Shown: positions 23,365-36,316 of the stretch, in pieces | How the letters are laid out: the number at the start of each line of letters is the position of its first letter | Numbering within the stretch: position 1 is the first letter of the stretch | From: Chiloscyllium plagiosum | Lineage: Eukaryota | Direction: 5' to 3' | Assembly: GCF_004010195.1 (NCBI RefSeq) | Contig: NC_057743.1 | Coordinates: forward strand, 21,104,141-21,168,140 | DNA length: 64,000 nt | Position numbers and translations under genes: made by a program | The notes under the pieces: generated by a model | What the model was told of the DNA's origin: nothing | Databases searched by the model: none | Seen by the model: the letters and a program-made list of their open reading frames with translations, nothing else

Positions 23365-23901
23365 AAGCTCTTGCACGGACCAACCAACCCAACCACCCTG
23401 TAGCTCAACATTTCAATTCCCCCTCCCACTCCACCAAGGATATGCAGGTCTTTGGACTCCTCCATCGTCAGACCACAGCGAAACTACGGCTGGAGGAAGA
23501 ACGCCTCATCTTCCGGCTAGGAACCCTCCAACCACAAGGGATGAACTCGGATTTCACCAGTTTCCTCATTTCCCCTCCCCCCAGCCTGTCTCAGTCAAAT
23601 CCATCAAATTCAGCACCGTCTTCCTAACCTGCAATCTTCTTCCCGACCTCTCCGCCCCCACCCCAGTCTGACCTATCACCCTCACCTTGACCTCTTTCCA
23701 CCTATCACATTTCCGACGCCCCTCCCCCAAGTCCCTCCTCCCTATCTTTTATCTTGGCCTGCTGGACCAACTTCCTCATTCCTGAAGAAGGGCTAATGCC
23801 CGAAACGTCGATTCTCCTGTTCCCTAGATGCTGCCTGACCTGCGCTTTTCCAGCAACACATTTCCATCTCTGATCTCCAGCATCTGCAGACCTCACTTTC
23901 T
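23365..23901 (+). mobile_element. Penelope-like retroelement, 5'-truncated: GIY-YIG endonuclease C-terminus plus terminal repeat
   Basis: HPVAQHFNSPSHSTKDMQVFGL..RLEEERLIFRLGTLQPQGMN is a typical PLE GIY-YIG end. A 14-bp TSD CTCCAAACCTATTC lies at 23351-23364 and 23902-23915. Confidence 0.9.
23778..23813 (+). ncRNA. Minimal type I hammerhead ribozyme motif in PLE terminus
   Basis: attc-CUGAAGA-A-GGGC uaau GCCC-GAAA-C-GUC-gauu: both catalytic boxes, a 4-bp helix II, palindromic ACGU helix III and a GUC cleavage triplet (C23809). Confidence 0.75.
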
Positions 23902-26199
23902 CTCCAAACCTATTCCAAGGATAATTTAAATTTTATCAGGAAAGTGATACACATATGGGATTATAAAATCTCCACTAATACAGCACTCCCTCAGCTGAGA
24001 TGTTTGTGCTCATGTCTCCAGTTTTTGGACTTGACTGCAATTGAGTTCAGTAGTTAGATCCCTTACCAGTTTGGTTTGTTTTGGATGTTTCTCCTTCACG
24101 TGCTTTAGACATAGCCCTTAACCAAAACAAATAATAAGCTATTGGCAACTGAATGATCTGCCTAACCTTAAGTATAGGTTGTGAAAAATGCCTGAAGTAC
24201 CTGAACTGTAATTGAGAAACCTCTTCCAAAATATTTTTCCTCCTGCTGGGGAATATGGTCCAACACTCTTACTGGGTAAATGAAAGAATTTGGTGCAGCT
24301 TGGCTTCCACCCCTTGAAATTGGGTAGGTGCACGGGTATTCAGTTCTCACCTCGCACCAGGTGTGCGTTTGTTACATTCCCTATGTTAAGCTTAAAATGT
24401 CTGAAAGATGTTGGCTGATTTTGTCCAGCACTAACTGTCATTTAGTTTACAATTTTCTGAAAATGCAACAATTCCAGCAGCATTTGTGGACCTTTATGTT
24501 CAGGTTGTGGATTTGACTGGCAAAGAAGGCACTTATTACCTGTTCCAACACTGATAATAAAAGGTCAATCTGTCTGAAGTCTGGAGACCATGACTGAAGC
24601 GAAACTTGGTAGTCCAGTGCATTTGTTTTCCTTGTTCTGGGTGACAGTTTAGTGGTTTGGAAGGTGTTACTTGCAGTGTAACCTTTTGGATCGAATATGC
24701 TCAAATCACAGTAAGTTGATGGCGGATGGAGAAATTGTGAAGCTAGTGCTGTTCAAGCAATTAGGAAACAGCCTTCCTTTGACGTGGACACAGTTCACTA
24801 TAAGCAATTGAAAGGAGTTCAGTCTGAGATGCTGTTATCTTCTGGGGCTAAAATGATTGACTTTGCAATAACTACAGCCATCTTCCTTTGTACTAGGGAC
24901 AACTGTCAGTTTTTTTCCATAGATTTCCATTTAATTTCTGTTCTACTGTATTCTGCACTTTTACACCAATACAACATTCCACAATGTTATTTTGTCACTT
25001 CTGAAATTCTGCTCTTTCACTCCTGTTTGGAGTGAATGTTGGTACCCATATCCAGACAGAACCAGAATTGAGTGTTAAATGTTGTTGGTCCTGTTTGTGT
25101 TTTGGATGGGACTCACCAAGACAATTCTCCATGTTCACTGATGCTGATTGCAGGCGTTGCAGCTGTATGAGAATAAATTGAACCAAGACCATCTTTCAGT
25201 ACTACTTCTGCAACTTTTACTCTGTTAAGTGACTGCTGTTACTTAATGTTATGTGGTGAATCAAGGCTGCTGTAGCCAAGTGACAGCAGTGGCTTTACAG
25301 AGGAGACGGAAAAGGATTGAACAGACCAACTGAAGATTTGTGCACACGTCATCCTTGTCACTTTTTAAAAAAAATTCTGGGGTGGGACATGTATCTAACT
25401 GGTCAGCATTTATTGCCCATCCCTAGTTGCCCTTGAAGTGACGATGGTGAGCTGTTGTCTTGAATCACTGCAGTCCGTGTTGTAGGTAGACCCACAATAT
25501 CTCCCTACAGCGAGAGAATTCCAGGACTTTGACACTCAGTGAGGGATAATATATTTCCAAGTCAGGATGATGAATGACTTGGAGGGGAATTTGGTGGTGT
25601 TCCCATGCATGTGCTGCTCTTGTCCTTCAGGTACTAGAGACTGTGGATTTGGAAGGCTGTCTAAGGAGCCTTGGAATGCTAGATGATGCACACACTGCTG
25701 CTCGGATCAATGGTGGCTGGAGTGAATGTCGAAGATGTTAGATAAGGTGCTGATCAAGTGGGCTGTTTTGTCTTAGATGGTGTCAAACTTGAAGGTTGTC
25801 GAAGGTGCACTTATCCAAGCAAATGGGGAATATTCCATTACACCGCCTGATGTGTGCCATGTAGACTGCGGATCAGCTTTGAGCAATCGGGTGAGTTACT
25901 TGCCACAGAAACTCCAGCCTTTGACCTGCTGTTGTAGCCACATTATGGAGCTGATTCAGTTCAGCTTCTGGTCAGTAGTGTCCCCAGGATACTGATAGTG
26001 GGGCATTCAGTGATATGCCATATGCCATGCCAAAGGATGTTTGGATTCTCTTTAGAGATGGTCATTGTTTGGCAATTGTGTGGCATGAATGTTATTTGCC
26101 ATGTATCAAGCCTGACTATAGTCTGGGTTTTGCTGCATTTGGTCAAGGGCTACTTCATTTTCTGAGGAGTTACAAGTGGTGCCAAACATTGTGCAGCTA

Positions 26200-26830
26200 G
26201 AACGAATGGATAAAAATCTGGCTGGTTCAGTATAATGCAAAATATCAAGGTGTTCACGTTAGCATGACAAATTTTAAAAAAGCTTGTGTATTAAATGGAG
26301 AATGACTGACTGCAGAATTGGTATGCAAGGACAGAAATAATTAAGGTTAATGGAATGTCATCCTTTTTCTGTTCAGTTATTCATACGATAATGAAGAAAA
26401 GCTTCACTCCAGGACATGGTGATACCATATCTCCCATTCTGTGTGCACTTTTAAGATCTCATATTTACATCCTCTCAAATAATGTCAAAGCTGGTTGAGA
26501 AGAGATTTGAGGTTGCCTGGAGTGAATGGGTTATCATATAAGGATAGGTTGGGTAGACTGGACTTGAGTTCATTGGAGTTTAGAAAAGCAAGGGGTGACT
26601 TGATTAAAGTTTTTACGAGATCCTGAATGATCATAAAGTGAATGAGGAAAGAATGTTTCCAGTTGTGGACAAGTCTAGATCCTATTTTTTAAAAAAAGTT
26701 AGAAAATAGTTTTTTAAAAAATGTAATATTTAAGAAAATTAAATGGTAGTTGCCATTTTGTGTCATGAGAAATGTTTTATTGAATAACAACTGGCTTGAG
26801 CTGAGTGGCCAAATCTTGTTCCTAGATTGT
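26200..26830 (+). mobile_element. Old CR1 3' fragment
   Basis: tcatataaggataggttgggtagactggacttg..ggagtttagaaaagcaaggggtgacttgatt (SYKDRLGRL..EFR..RGDLI). Confidence 0.65.
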
Positions 26831-27660
26831 ATGTGATCATCACTTCTACCTCTGATTATATGATAATGGAAGGTCAGTGAAGCAGCTGAAGTTAGTTGGG
26901 CCTAATATATTTCCTGAAGAACTCCTGCAATATGTCCTCTGGCTGGCTGACTGTCTCAACAACCAGAACCACCTTCCTTTGTGTAAGGTATAACCCAGCC
27001 AGTAGAGAGTTTCCCCTTTCATTCCACTGAGCCAAGTTTTTTGCTAGGACTCCTTGATGCTTCACTCGGTCATATGATGTCAACCTCCCTTCCCCCTCTG
27101 CGCATCAGCTGTTTTGTCCATGTTTGAATTGTGACTGTAATGAGGTCAGGGGCAAAGTGGGCCAGACAGGACCCAAACTGAGCTTCATTGAATGTGTTTA
27201 TGTTGAGCAAGTGTTGCTTTCCAGCACTGTGATACCTTCCATCACTTAAATTGTGTATGGACTGATGGGGTGGTAACTGATTGGAGTTACATTTGTCCTA
27301 CTTACTGTAGACACATGTATGAAGAATTGTCCATGCCTGTGATATCTGGGGCAGCTTAGCTAAGGGTGCAATTAGTTCTGGAGCATAAGTTGTTTGTCAG
27401 GGTCCCATAGCCTTTATCAATGTCATTGGTGCCTTCGCAATTTTCTCATTATTGTATAGAGTGAATCAAATTGGCTGAGACGGATGATCCAACTGGCACT
27501 TCTGGTTGAAGAAAGTTGCAACAGCTTCAGCTTTGTCTTTGGTCACTGGTATGCTATGCCCCCCAACGCCACCACCACATTTGAGGATATTTGTGGGGCT
27601 GCCTTCAGTAAGTTTAATTGTCCAGAACCATTCATGACTGGATATGGCAGGACTGCATAG

Positions 27661-29836
27661 TTAGAACATAGTACAGCACAGAACAGGCCCTTCGGCCCAC
27701 GATGTTGTGCCGACCACTGATACTCATGTATGCACCCTCAAATTTCTGTGACCATATGCATGTCCAGTCGTCTCTTAAATGTCCCCAATGACCTTGCTTC
27801 CACAACTGCTGCTGGCAACGCATACCATGCTCTCTCAACTGTGTAAAGAACCCGCCTCTGACATCCCCTCTATACTTTCCTCCAACCAGCTTAAAACTAT
27901 GACCCCTCCTGTTAGTCATTTCTGCCCTGGGAAATAGTCTCTGGCTATCGACTCTATCTATGCTCTCATTATCTTGTATACCTCAATTAGGTCCCTTCTC
28001 CTCCTCCTTTTCTCCAATGAAAAAAGTTAGAGCTCAGTCAACCTCTTCATAAGATAAGCCCTCCAGTCCAGGCAGCATCCTGGTAAACCACCTCTGAACC
28101 CTCTCTAAAGCATCCACATCTTTTCTATAATAGGACGACCAGAATTGGACGAATATTCCAAGTGCGGTCTAACCAAAGTTTTATAGAGCTGCAACAAGAT
28201 CTCACGACTCTTCAACTCAATCCCCCTGTTAATGAAAGCCAAAACACCATATGCTTTCTTAACAACCCTGTCCACTTGGGTGGCCATTTTAAGGGATCTA
28301 TGTACCTGCACACCAAGATCCCTCTGTTCCTCCACACTGCCAAGAATCCTATCCTTAATCCTGTACTCAGCTTTCAAATTCGACCTTCCAAAATGCATCA
28401 CCTCGCATTTATCCAGGTTGAACTCCATCTGCCACCTCTCAGCCCATCTCTGCATCCTGTCAATGTCCTACTGCAGCCTACAACAGCCCTCTATACTGTC
28501 AACAAAACCTCCAACCTTTGTGTCGTCTGCAAACTTGCTGACCCATCCTTCAATTCCCCTCATCCAAGTCATTAATAAAAATTACAAACAGTAGAGGCCC
28601 AAGGACAGAGCCCTGTGGAACACCACTCACCAGACATCCAGGCAGACTATTTTCCTTCTACTACCACTCACTGTCTTCTGTTGGCCAGCCAGTTCTGTAT
28701 CCAGACAGCCAAGTTCCCCTGTATCCCATTCCTCCTGACCTTCTGAATGAGCCTACGATGGGGAACTTTATCAAATGCCTTGCTGAAGTCCATATACACC
28801 ACATCCACAGCTCGACACTCATCAATTTTTCTAGTCACATCCTCAAAGGACTCTAAGGTTTGTGAGGCACGACCTGCCCCTCAAAGCTGTGTTGACTGCA
28901 TTTAATCAAGCCATGTTCTTCCAGATGGTCATAAATCCTATCCCTTTCCAACACCTTGCAGACGACAGACGTGAGACTTACTAGTCTGTAATTGCCGGGG
29001 ATTTCCCTATTTCCTTTCTTGGAGAGGAATTACATTTGCCTCTCTCCAGTCCTCAGGTACGACTCCAGTGGAGAGCGAGGATGCAAAGATCTTCGCAAGT
29101 GGCGAAGCAATTGCATTTCTTGTTTCCCAAAGCAGCTGAGGACAAATCTGGTCCGGGCCTGGTGACTTGTCAATCTTAATGTTTGACAAAATTTTCAGCA
29201 CATCAGCTTCCTCTATATCCATTCCAGCATGCACACCTGCTCTTCAAAGGTTTCATTCACTACAAAGTTCGTTTCTTTCATAAAGACAGAAGCAAAAAAC
29301 TCATTTAGAACTTCCCCTACCACCTCAGACTCCCCACACAAATTCCCTATGCTATCCCTGATCGGCCCAGTCTTTCTTTGACCATCCTCTTATTCCTCAA
29401 GTGTAAAATGCCTGTGTGTTCTCCCCAATCCGTTCTACCAAGCCTTTCTCGTGCCCCGTCCTGGCTCTCCTCCGACCATTTTTGAGCTCCTTCCTTGCCT
29501 GCCTGTAATTCTCGAGTTGAGCTTGAACCTAGCTACCTCCACCTTTTATGTAAGCTACCTTTTTCCTTTTGACGAGAAGCTCCACTGCTCTCGTCATCCA
29601 AGGTTCCTTTATCTTACCATTCCTTGCCTGTCTCGGGACATATTTATTCATCACTTGCACAACTGTTCCTTAAACAGTCTCCACATGTCTATAGTGCCTT
29701 TACCATGGAACAATTGCACCCAATCCATGCTTCCTAACTCATGTCTAATCGCATCATAGTTTCCTCTTCCCCAATTAAATATCCTCCCATTATGCCTAAT
29801 CCTCTCCTTCTCCATAGCTATGTAGAATGTGAGGCA
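27661..29836 (-). mobile_element. CR1 LINE (second young family), 2.2-kb ORF2 RT fragment
   Basis: [17 protein letters not shown] (about 28595-28620), SKFADDTKVG (about 28510-28540), WQMEFNLDKCEVMHFG, LVRPHLEY and RRGHSFKL. Tail gtactatgttcta. Frameshifted. Confidence 0.93.
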
Positions 29837-30179
29837 TTCTACATCAGTTGACATTTGATTTGTTGGTTGTGGGATTGTTTAGCTCTCTCCATCACTTGCT
29901 GCTATGCAGTTTGACATGCTGTATTCCCATGTTGTCAGTTCACCAGGTTGATGCCTCAATTTCAGGTATGCCTGCAGTTGCTCCTGGCAATATGTCTTGA
30001 GCTCTGCTTTGAACCAGTGTTGATACCCTGGCTTGATAGTCAGGATTGCAGATCTGTAATTTAATTCTGCTGATGATCCACATGCCTCAGGGTGCCTAGT
30101 CACGTGTTGCTAGATCTGTTCAAAATCTAATCCCTTCCGTACAATGGCAGTTCCCCACAAGGCAGTGGAGGTTATCGCC

Positions 30180-30835
30180 AACATAGGTTTAGGCCATTTG
30201 GCTGCTCAAGCCTCCTCCATCATTCATTAAAATCATGAATGATCCTCCAACTCAGTGCCCTATTTCTGCTTTCTCCCCGTATCCTTTTGATGTCTTTAGT
30301 CCTGAGTTATATCCACATCTTTCTTGATAGTCTTCAGTGATTTACTGTGACACCATTTCACAGGTTCACCACTCTGGGTGAAGAGATTCCTCCTTACCTC
30401 TATCCTAAGAGGCTTATCTGTATCTTTTAGACTGTGATCCCTGGTTCTGAACTTTCCAGTCATCAAGAACATTCTTCCTGCATCTATCCTTTTTAATCCT
30501 GTTAGAATCTTAGCGGTTTCTATGGGATCCACTCCATTCATCTGAACTACAGGTAATATTGCAACATTTAAAAGACATCTAGATGTTTATATGAATAGGA
30601 AAGGTTTGGAGGGATATGGGCCTGATGCTGGCAAGTGAGACTAGATTAGGTTAGGATATCTGGTTGACATGGACGAGTTGGACCGAGTTGGACTGAAGGG
30701 TCTGTTTCCATGCTGTACATCTGTGACTCTAACTGGTCCACTGTCTCCTCATCCATCCATCCTGTTACCCCAGGAATCAGTCTGGCAAACCTTTGCAATT
30801 TTTCCATAGGCAGCAAGTTTTTCCTTGGATAAGGA
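30180..30835 (-). mobile_element. Old CR1 3' fragment
   Basis: DPIETAKILTGLKRIDAGRMF..TRDHSLK (30296-30541). Confidence 0.75.
30558..30730 (+). mobile_element. HER1 extreme 3' end nested in old CR1
   Basis: gaataggaaaggtttggagggatatggg..gaagggtctgtttccatgctgtacatctgtgactct. Confidence 0.88.
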
Positions 30836-31286
30836 GTTGGTGTGACTTTGTCTCCACCAGACTGTGCTGTGGGTAATTTCTTCTAATGCTGTCATAGATG
30901 CATTTGCTATAGGTAGATCGGTAAGAACGAGAGAAGTATGTTTTTAACCCTCTTGTTTCTCCCCACCATCTGCTGCAGACCCTTGCCATGTCCTTTAGGA
31001 CTGTAGTCAGTGTAATCTGTAGTGTGCTTCCATGTCGCTCTTTGTGCACCGCAGTGCATCCTTCAAATGGAGGATTTTTATGGTATTGGGGAGGGATGGT
31101 AATCAGGAAGCTTTCTTGTCCTGTGTTTGACCTGATGCCATGTGACTTCATGGGGTCCAGAACCAATTGAAGACTTCCAGGGCAGCCCCCACCTCTGGGT
31201 CTGTCCTGTCCTGTCAGCGAGACAGTGATAGTGATGTTTGGAGTTTGGGATTTGGGCATTCTCACAGAATCATACGATAATGTCAG

Positions 31287-31382
31287 GTTCAAAAACCCCA
31301 ATTGCTGGAAAAGCTCAGCAGGTCTGGCAGCATCTGTGGAAAGAAAGCACTTAATATTTTGGGTTAAGTGACCCTTTCTCAG
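31287..31382 (-). mobile_element. PLE terminus insertion
   Basis: ttgctggaaaagctcagcaggtctggcagcatctgtgg flanked by an AATGTCAG direct repeat (31279-31286, 31383-31390). Confidence 0.7.
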
Positions 31383-32559
31383 AATGTCAGATTACATCAG
31401 TTTGCTTGATTAGTTTATGGGTCAGCTTCTCAAATTGGCACAAGCCTCCAAATGCTGGTAAAGGAGGACTTTGAAGAGTTGGTGTACTGTTTGCAACAGT
31501 CATTTCTGGTGCCTTGATTGATGCTGGGTGGCCTGTCCAGTTTTATTCCTATTTTTAAAAATTTGACGAACTACTGTATTGGTACAATTAACTGGCTTGC
31601 AGGTCCTGTAAAGCCCACAATCCATGAATGAACATTCTTAAAAAAAAATTAAATCATTTATAATGCTATGGATTTGGAGTCTCACTATCCAGACCTAGTT
31701 AGGTCTTTGCTCTCCTAGAGGACATTAGTGAAGTGGATGGACTTTTACAACAATTGGTGGTTTCATTGTTGATTTGTTAATTGAATTGATACTTCACCAT
31801 CTGCTGTGGTAAGATTCAAACCAGAGAGCATTAGCCCAGATTCCTGGATTGCTACTTCAGTGATGAGTTCACTGTTCCACTGTTACTATTCCAAAAATCC
31901 AAATAGAACCACCGTCTTCACTTAGATATTTGTTTGTTCACTAAATTCCATGCCTCCAAATAACAGGATTGCCAAGCTTTGGCTTGATCTGTTGGAAGTG
32001 GGATTTCGTAGTGATAGCCAGCTGCCACTGTTTATTGTTTACTGTCTTGTGCTATGCATCGAGTTAGTACATAAATTATAGTTGACTGTAGAGTAACATG
32101 CCCCAATTAAATCAGCATTGGCCACCTTTTTTGATTGAGAGGGGCAAACTAAACCATAAAACTTGTGTCTGAGCAGTTTTGTTGCTGGTCACTCAGAATG
32201 CCCTACCCCTTTTTGCTCAGTTGAGCTATCGTGTCTTTTAAGCTATCTCAACAGAATGATAGTGCCTTTTAATGTGATGGCATGTGTCTTCATTGTGAAG
32301 CGCCTTCATCTCCATGAGTATGAGATGATCACTCGTAGCTATGTCATAAACATACATTTAGAACTGGTACTACAATCGTGTACTGTGGGTTAATCCATGT
32401 TGACATTGTCATGCTCTGCTATAGGTCCAGCCTAACAGCTGCAACCTTTTGTAGCTCTGGTGCTACTGAAACAGTATTGGTGGCCATTTGAGTCCTCCAT
32501 CCAGGGTACTACTTGTCCCCTTGCCTTTTGCTTCCTGCAAGTAGTGTTCAACTTAGTAA

Positions 32560-33170
32560 ATCATCATCGCTAGATTACCCTCTCTGAACTCTTAAACTCC
32601 TTGCTTCCAATTCTGTAAAATTGCCTGACTCCACTCTTCCTCACCTAATTCGCTGAAATAGTCATCAAAGCATTTACTGCATCCTAGACTTGATTTAATA
32701 CAGTGCCATTATGGCTGGCCTACATTCTTGCGACCATAAACTTGCTATAATCCAAAATTCTGCAGCATCTTTTCTAGCTTGTACCAAGTGGCATCCATCT
32801 ATTCCTCCTCTCTTTGGCATATTTCGGCAATACCTAAACTTCTCATTATTTTCAAATAACTCAACTCTTATTAAATCTGTAATCTCCATCATCCTCACAA
32901 CTCTTGGGTGTTTGTGCTCTTTCGGTTATCATGTGCATCCTTAATTTTAATTGAATCACGTTTGGTGGCTGTGCCTCCATCTGTCAAGGACCAAATCATG
33001 AAAAGGAAATCCCGAACATAAATTGCTCTTTTTCAAAAGGCGCTCCATAAAACCCACCTCTTACTTAGCTCCTGTTCATTGTCTCTAATGTTTACTTTGT
33101 CAGAAATTGCTTAATATTCCCATGAAGCACATTACTGCCTTGATTCAAAGGTGCTATATCAATACTAGTC
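32560..33170 (+). mobile_element. L2-like LINE 3' remnant
   Basis: HKLAIIQNSAA, ggtggctgtgcctcc (GGRAF-like) and an aaaggtgctatatcaata terminus. Confidence 0.6.
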
Positions 33171-33439
33171 TTCGGCTGGACGTTTGTTGATATTTGGATG
33201 TCAAGTAGTGTTCGTGTGAATATAAGCACGAGATCAGACAATAATAATAGTGACACCAAGATCATGTATCATTTGCCCACTTGTCTTTGTTATATGGTCT
33301 GTCTCTCGAATTGCCTCTCGTCTAGAATTCCCCTAACATCAGACCTCCAGGTAGATTATTGCGAAGGTAAAGAATGAATTGAGTGTTTTAAATTCCCATT
33401 TGTTTCAGTCTAGTAATACCTTGTTAATTTTTTTATACT

Positions 33440-34620
33440 AATGGGTGTGTATATCACAGGCCAACATATTTATTGCCGAGTCCCATCTGCCCTTGAAAGT
33501 AGTGGTGAGCTGTTCTCTTGAATTGTTGCAATCCATGGACAGACGGTACAACTAATGTACTGTTGGAAAGAAGGTCCAGGATTTGGACCCAGTTCCAGTG
33601 AAGGGACCAAGGTATAGTTTCAAGTTAGGATTGTGGGTGACTTGGAGAAGAATTTGATTGCTTTTCTAAGTGATTAGAGCTCACAAATGCAGGAGGTGCT
33701 GTCAAAGCAGTTTTGCTGCAATGCATCCATGTAGATGATGCATACTCCTTTACTGTCAATTAGTGGTGGAGTAAACGTGTCAGATGCAAGATGGTATGCC
33801 AATCAAACAGGCAGTTTGTCCTGAATTGTCATGTTTCTTGAATGTTAGTGCTGCATTAATCCAGGCAAGTGCAGACTCTGCCATCACACTCCTTCCTTGT
33901 GCCTTGTAGATGGTGGGCAGACTTTGGGGAGTTAGTTGCCATGTGATACCTAGCCTTTAACCTGTTTTGTAGCAACAGTATTTAAATAGCTCGTTCAATT
34001 TTTGGATGTTAATGGAGTATTTACTGATGGTAATGAAACTGAATATAAGGGGGAGATGGTTGGATTCTCTTATTGAATGTTATGAATCTTACTTGCCACT
34101 TATCAACCATACTTGGAAATTGTACAGGTCTCACCATGTGTGGGAACAAGTTGCTTGAGTGTTTGAAGAATCACAAATGATGCTGAACATTGTGTAGTCA
34201 ACACTGAACATCTCCAATTTTGACCACCTGGAGAGATGCTGCTGAAGATGGTTGGGCCGAGTACACTATCCTGTGGAACTCCATACAATGATGTCCTGGG
34301 ACTGAGAGAATTGATCTTCCACAACACTCTCCCTTTGTTCTATTTGTGACTAAAACAGTATTTTCAATGATTCTCTAACTTCAGCTTTACTACTTGGTGC
34401 CATGATCCATCAAATGCTGTCTTGATGTCAAGAGTCGCTAATTCGCCTCACATTAGGAATTTGGCTGTTTTGTCCATGTTTACACCAAGGCTGCAAAGAT
34501 GGTATCCAAACTGAACATGTTGTTGCTGCATAAATGCTGCTTAATGGCACTATCTGTGACCGCTTCAATCATTTTGCTGATGAAGACGACTGTTAAGGCA
34601 GTTATTGGCCATGTTGGATT
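33440..34620 (-). mobile_element. Old LINE (family C) RT fragment
   Basis: Family C 3' end at about 33470 and GVPQDSVLGPTIFS (34103-34327). Confidence 0.7.
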
Positions 34621-34757
34621 AGTTCAACCAGTATTCATTGAGATCTGCTCTTTGTTATAAAGTACAATTGCAGAATGGTTGCAGCACAGGAGGAGACCAT
34701 TTATCATCTGATGGCTATTCCAACTCACCGCAAGAGCAACTTCTGCTTTTTATTGTA

Positions 34758-35086
34758 GATTACAGATTAGATTAGATTACATTAGATTACATTACAGTGT
34801 GGAAACAGGCCCTTCGGCCCAACAAGTCCACACCGACCCGCCGAAGCGTAACCCACCCATACCCTTACATTTACCCCTTACCTAACACGGGCAATTTAGC
34901 ATGGCCAATTCACCTAACCTGCACATGTTTGGACTGTGGGAGGAAACCGGAGCACCCGGAGGAAACCCATGCAGACACGGGGAGAACGTGCAAACTCCAC
35001 ACAGTCAGTCGCCTGAGGTGGGAATTGAACCCGGGTCTCTGGCGCTGTGAGGCAGCAGTGCTAACCACTGTGCCACCGTGCCACCC
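34758..35086 (-). mobile_element. Full-length young HE1-type SINE
   Basis: Intact head (rc gggtggcacggtggcacagtggttagcactgctgcc..gggttcaattccc), many CpGs retained, and an (attagattac)n tail. Confidence 0.93.
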
Positions 35087-36316
35087 AAAGTGTAGCTTTG
35101 CAAATGTTTTCTCTTCCAAGCTATGACTTAATATTTCTCCACTATACCTTTTCTAGCATTGTTTGCCCTCATGTGTCTTTGATTCTTTTGCCATTTTCCT
35201 TAAGTTCCTCTTTTCTGGTTTTCAAGCCTTCCAACAATAGGAGCAGTTTCTCCCCCTCTACTCCTGTGAATTTGAATATGTCAAATTTCTCTCATCCCTA
35301 ACTTCACCTATCTGCCTACGTAACTGGAATCCATTGTCACTAGTCATTCTCATAATTTCTGCACCCTCACTAATGCCTCACATACTCCCCCCAACCTTCC
35401 TTAAAGTAAACTCCATTTGAGGCCCAAGCAGTGTGTTCAAGATCTGCCATAATGCCCTTGCTTTTGTACTCTTTGCCTCCGTTTTTAAAGTCCAGGATCC
35501 TGTATGTCTTATTAACTACCTTCAACAATTGCCTTAAGTCCCTCTGCTCGTGAACCCTGATGAATCATGTCCTTATTTTCTGTTGTCTTTCATTGTTCTT
35601 CTTCCCTATATCTTATCGCCCTCCCATTTCTTTGTTACATTTTATCTGCTATTTGTCTGCCCATTCACCAGCGTATGTTCTCTTGATGTCTGTCACTGTT
35701 GTCCTTGAAGATTCTAGTTTTTTAGTTTGTCATTTGTCCATTTTGAAATTCTGCCCTGCACACCAAGTATAGATGACTTTAATTTAGATCAAGAAAAGCA
35801 GTGTTCCTATAGGCAAACCCCACTGCATATCTTCTCCAGTTTGAAAAAAATCACTGCTCGCCACTACTGTTTGCGATCAGTACAGTGATTTGCTGCAATA
35901 CGTTTTGTAGAAAATATGCTATTGTATACTGATAGTGAATGGCATGAATGGTGAAGATGGTGATTGGGTGCTAATTAAGTGGGCTGCTTTGTCCTGGAAG
36001 GTTCAACAGATTTTGGAAGATGTTATTTGTCACAGAATTCCCTAGCTCTGTCCTGCTCTTGCAGCTGTGGTATTTGTAAAGCTGGTTCAGTTTCTAGTTG
36101 ATTATAACTTGCAGGATGTTAGAGTCTGTGGTCATGCCTTTGAATGTCAAGTGCAGCTGATTAGTTTTTTCTCTTGAACATTGCCACATGCCTGATGTGG
36201 ATATTGCTTACTGTTAATCGGAATATTATACTACTTACAATGTTCTGATTTCCATTATTCAGTTTTTCATTTGGCATTTATTTGATTAGTTGCTTTAACA
36301 GATCTGCAATTCATAT

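Larger units (their letters stand above)
25370..31600 (-). mobile_element. Long old LINE (family C) broken by several nested insertions
   Basis: 3' end tttattgcccatccctagttgcccttga at about 25410 and WQITFMPHNCQ at 25961-26146. It resumes at 26830 (YDRVKHQGVL), 29845 and 30840 (PMKSHGIRSNTG, APE region). Confidence 0.65.

Noticed and set aside
34757-34796. Short direct repeats (attagattac)n as a CRISPR-like array
   Set aside because: SINE 3' terminal repeat with no spacers, in a vertebrate context.
34797-35126. 109-aa ORF CGRKPEHPEETHADTGRTCKLHT
   Set aside because: Antisense reading of the HE1 SINE, a common false gene model.
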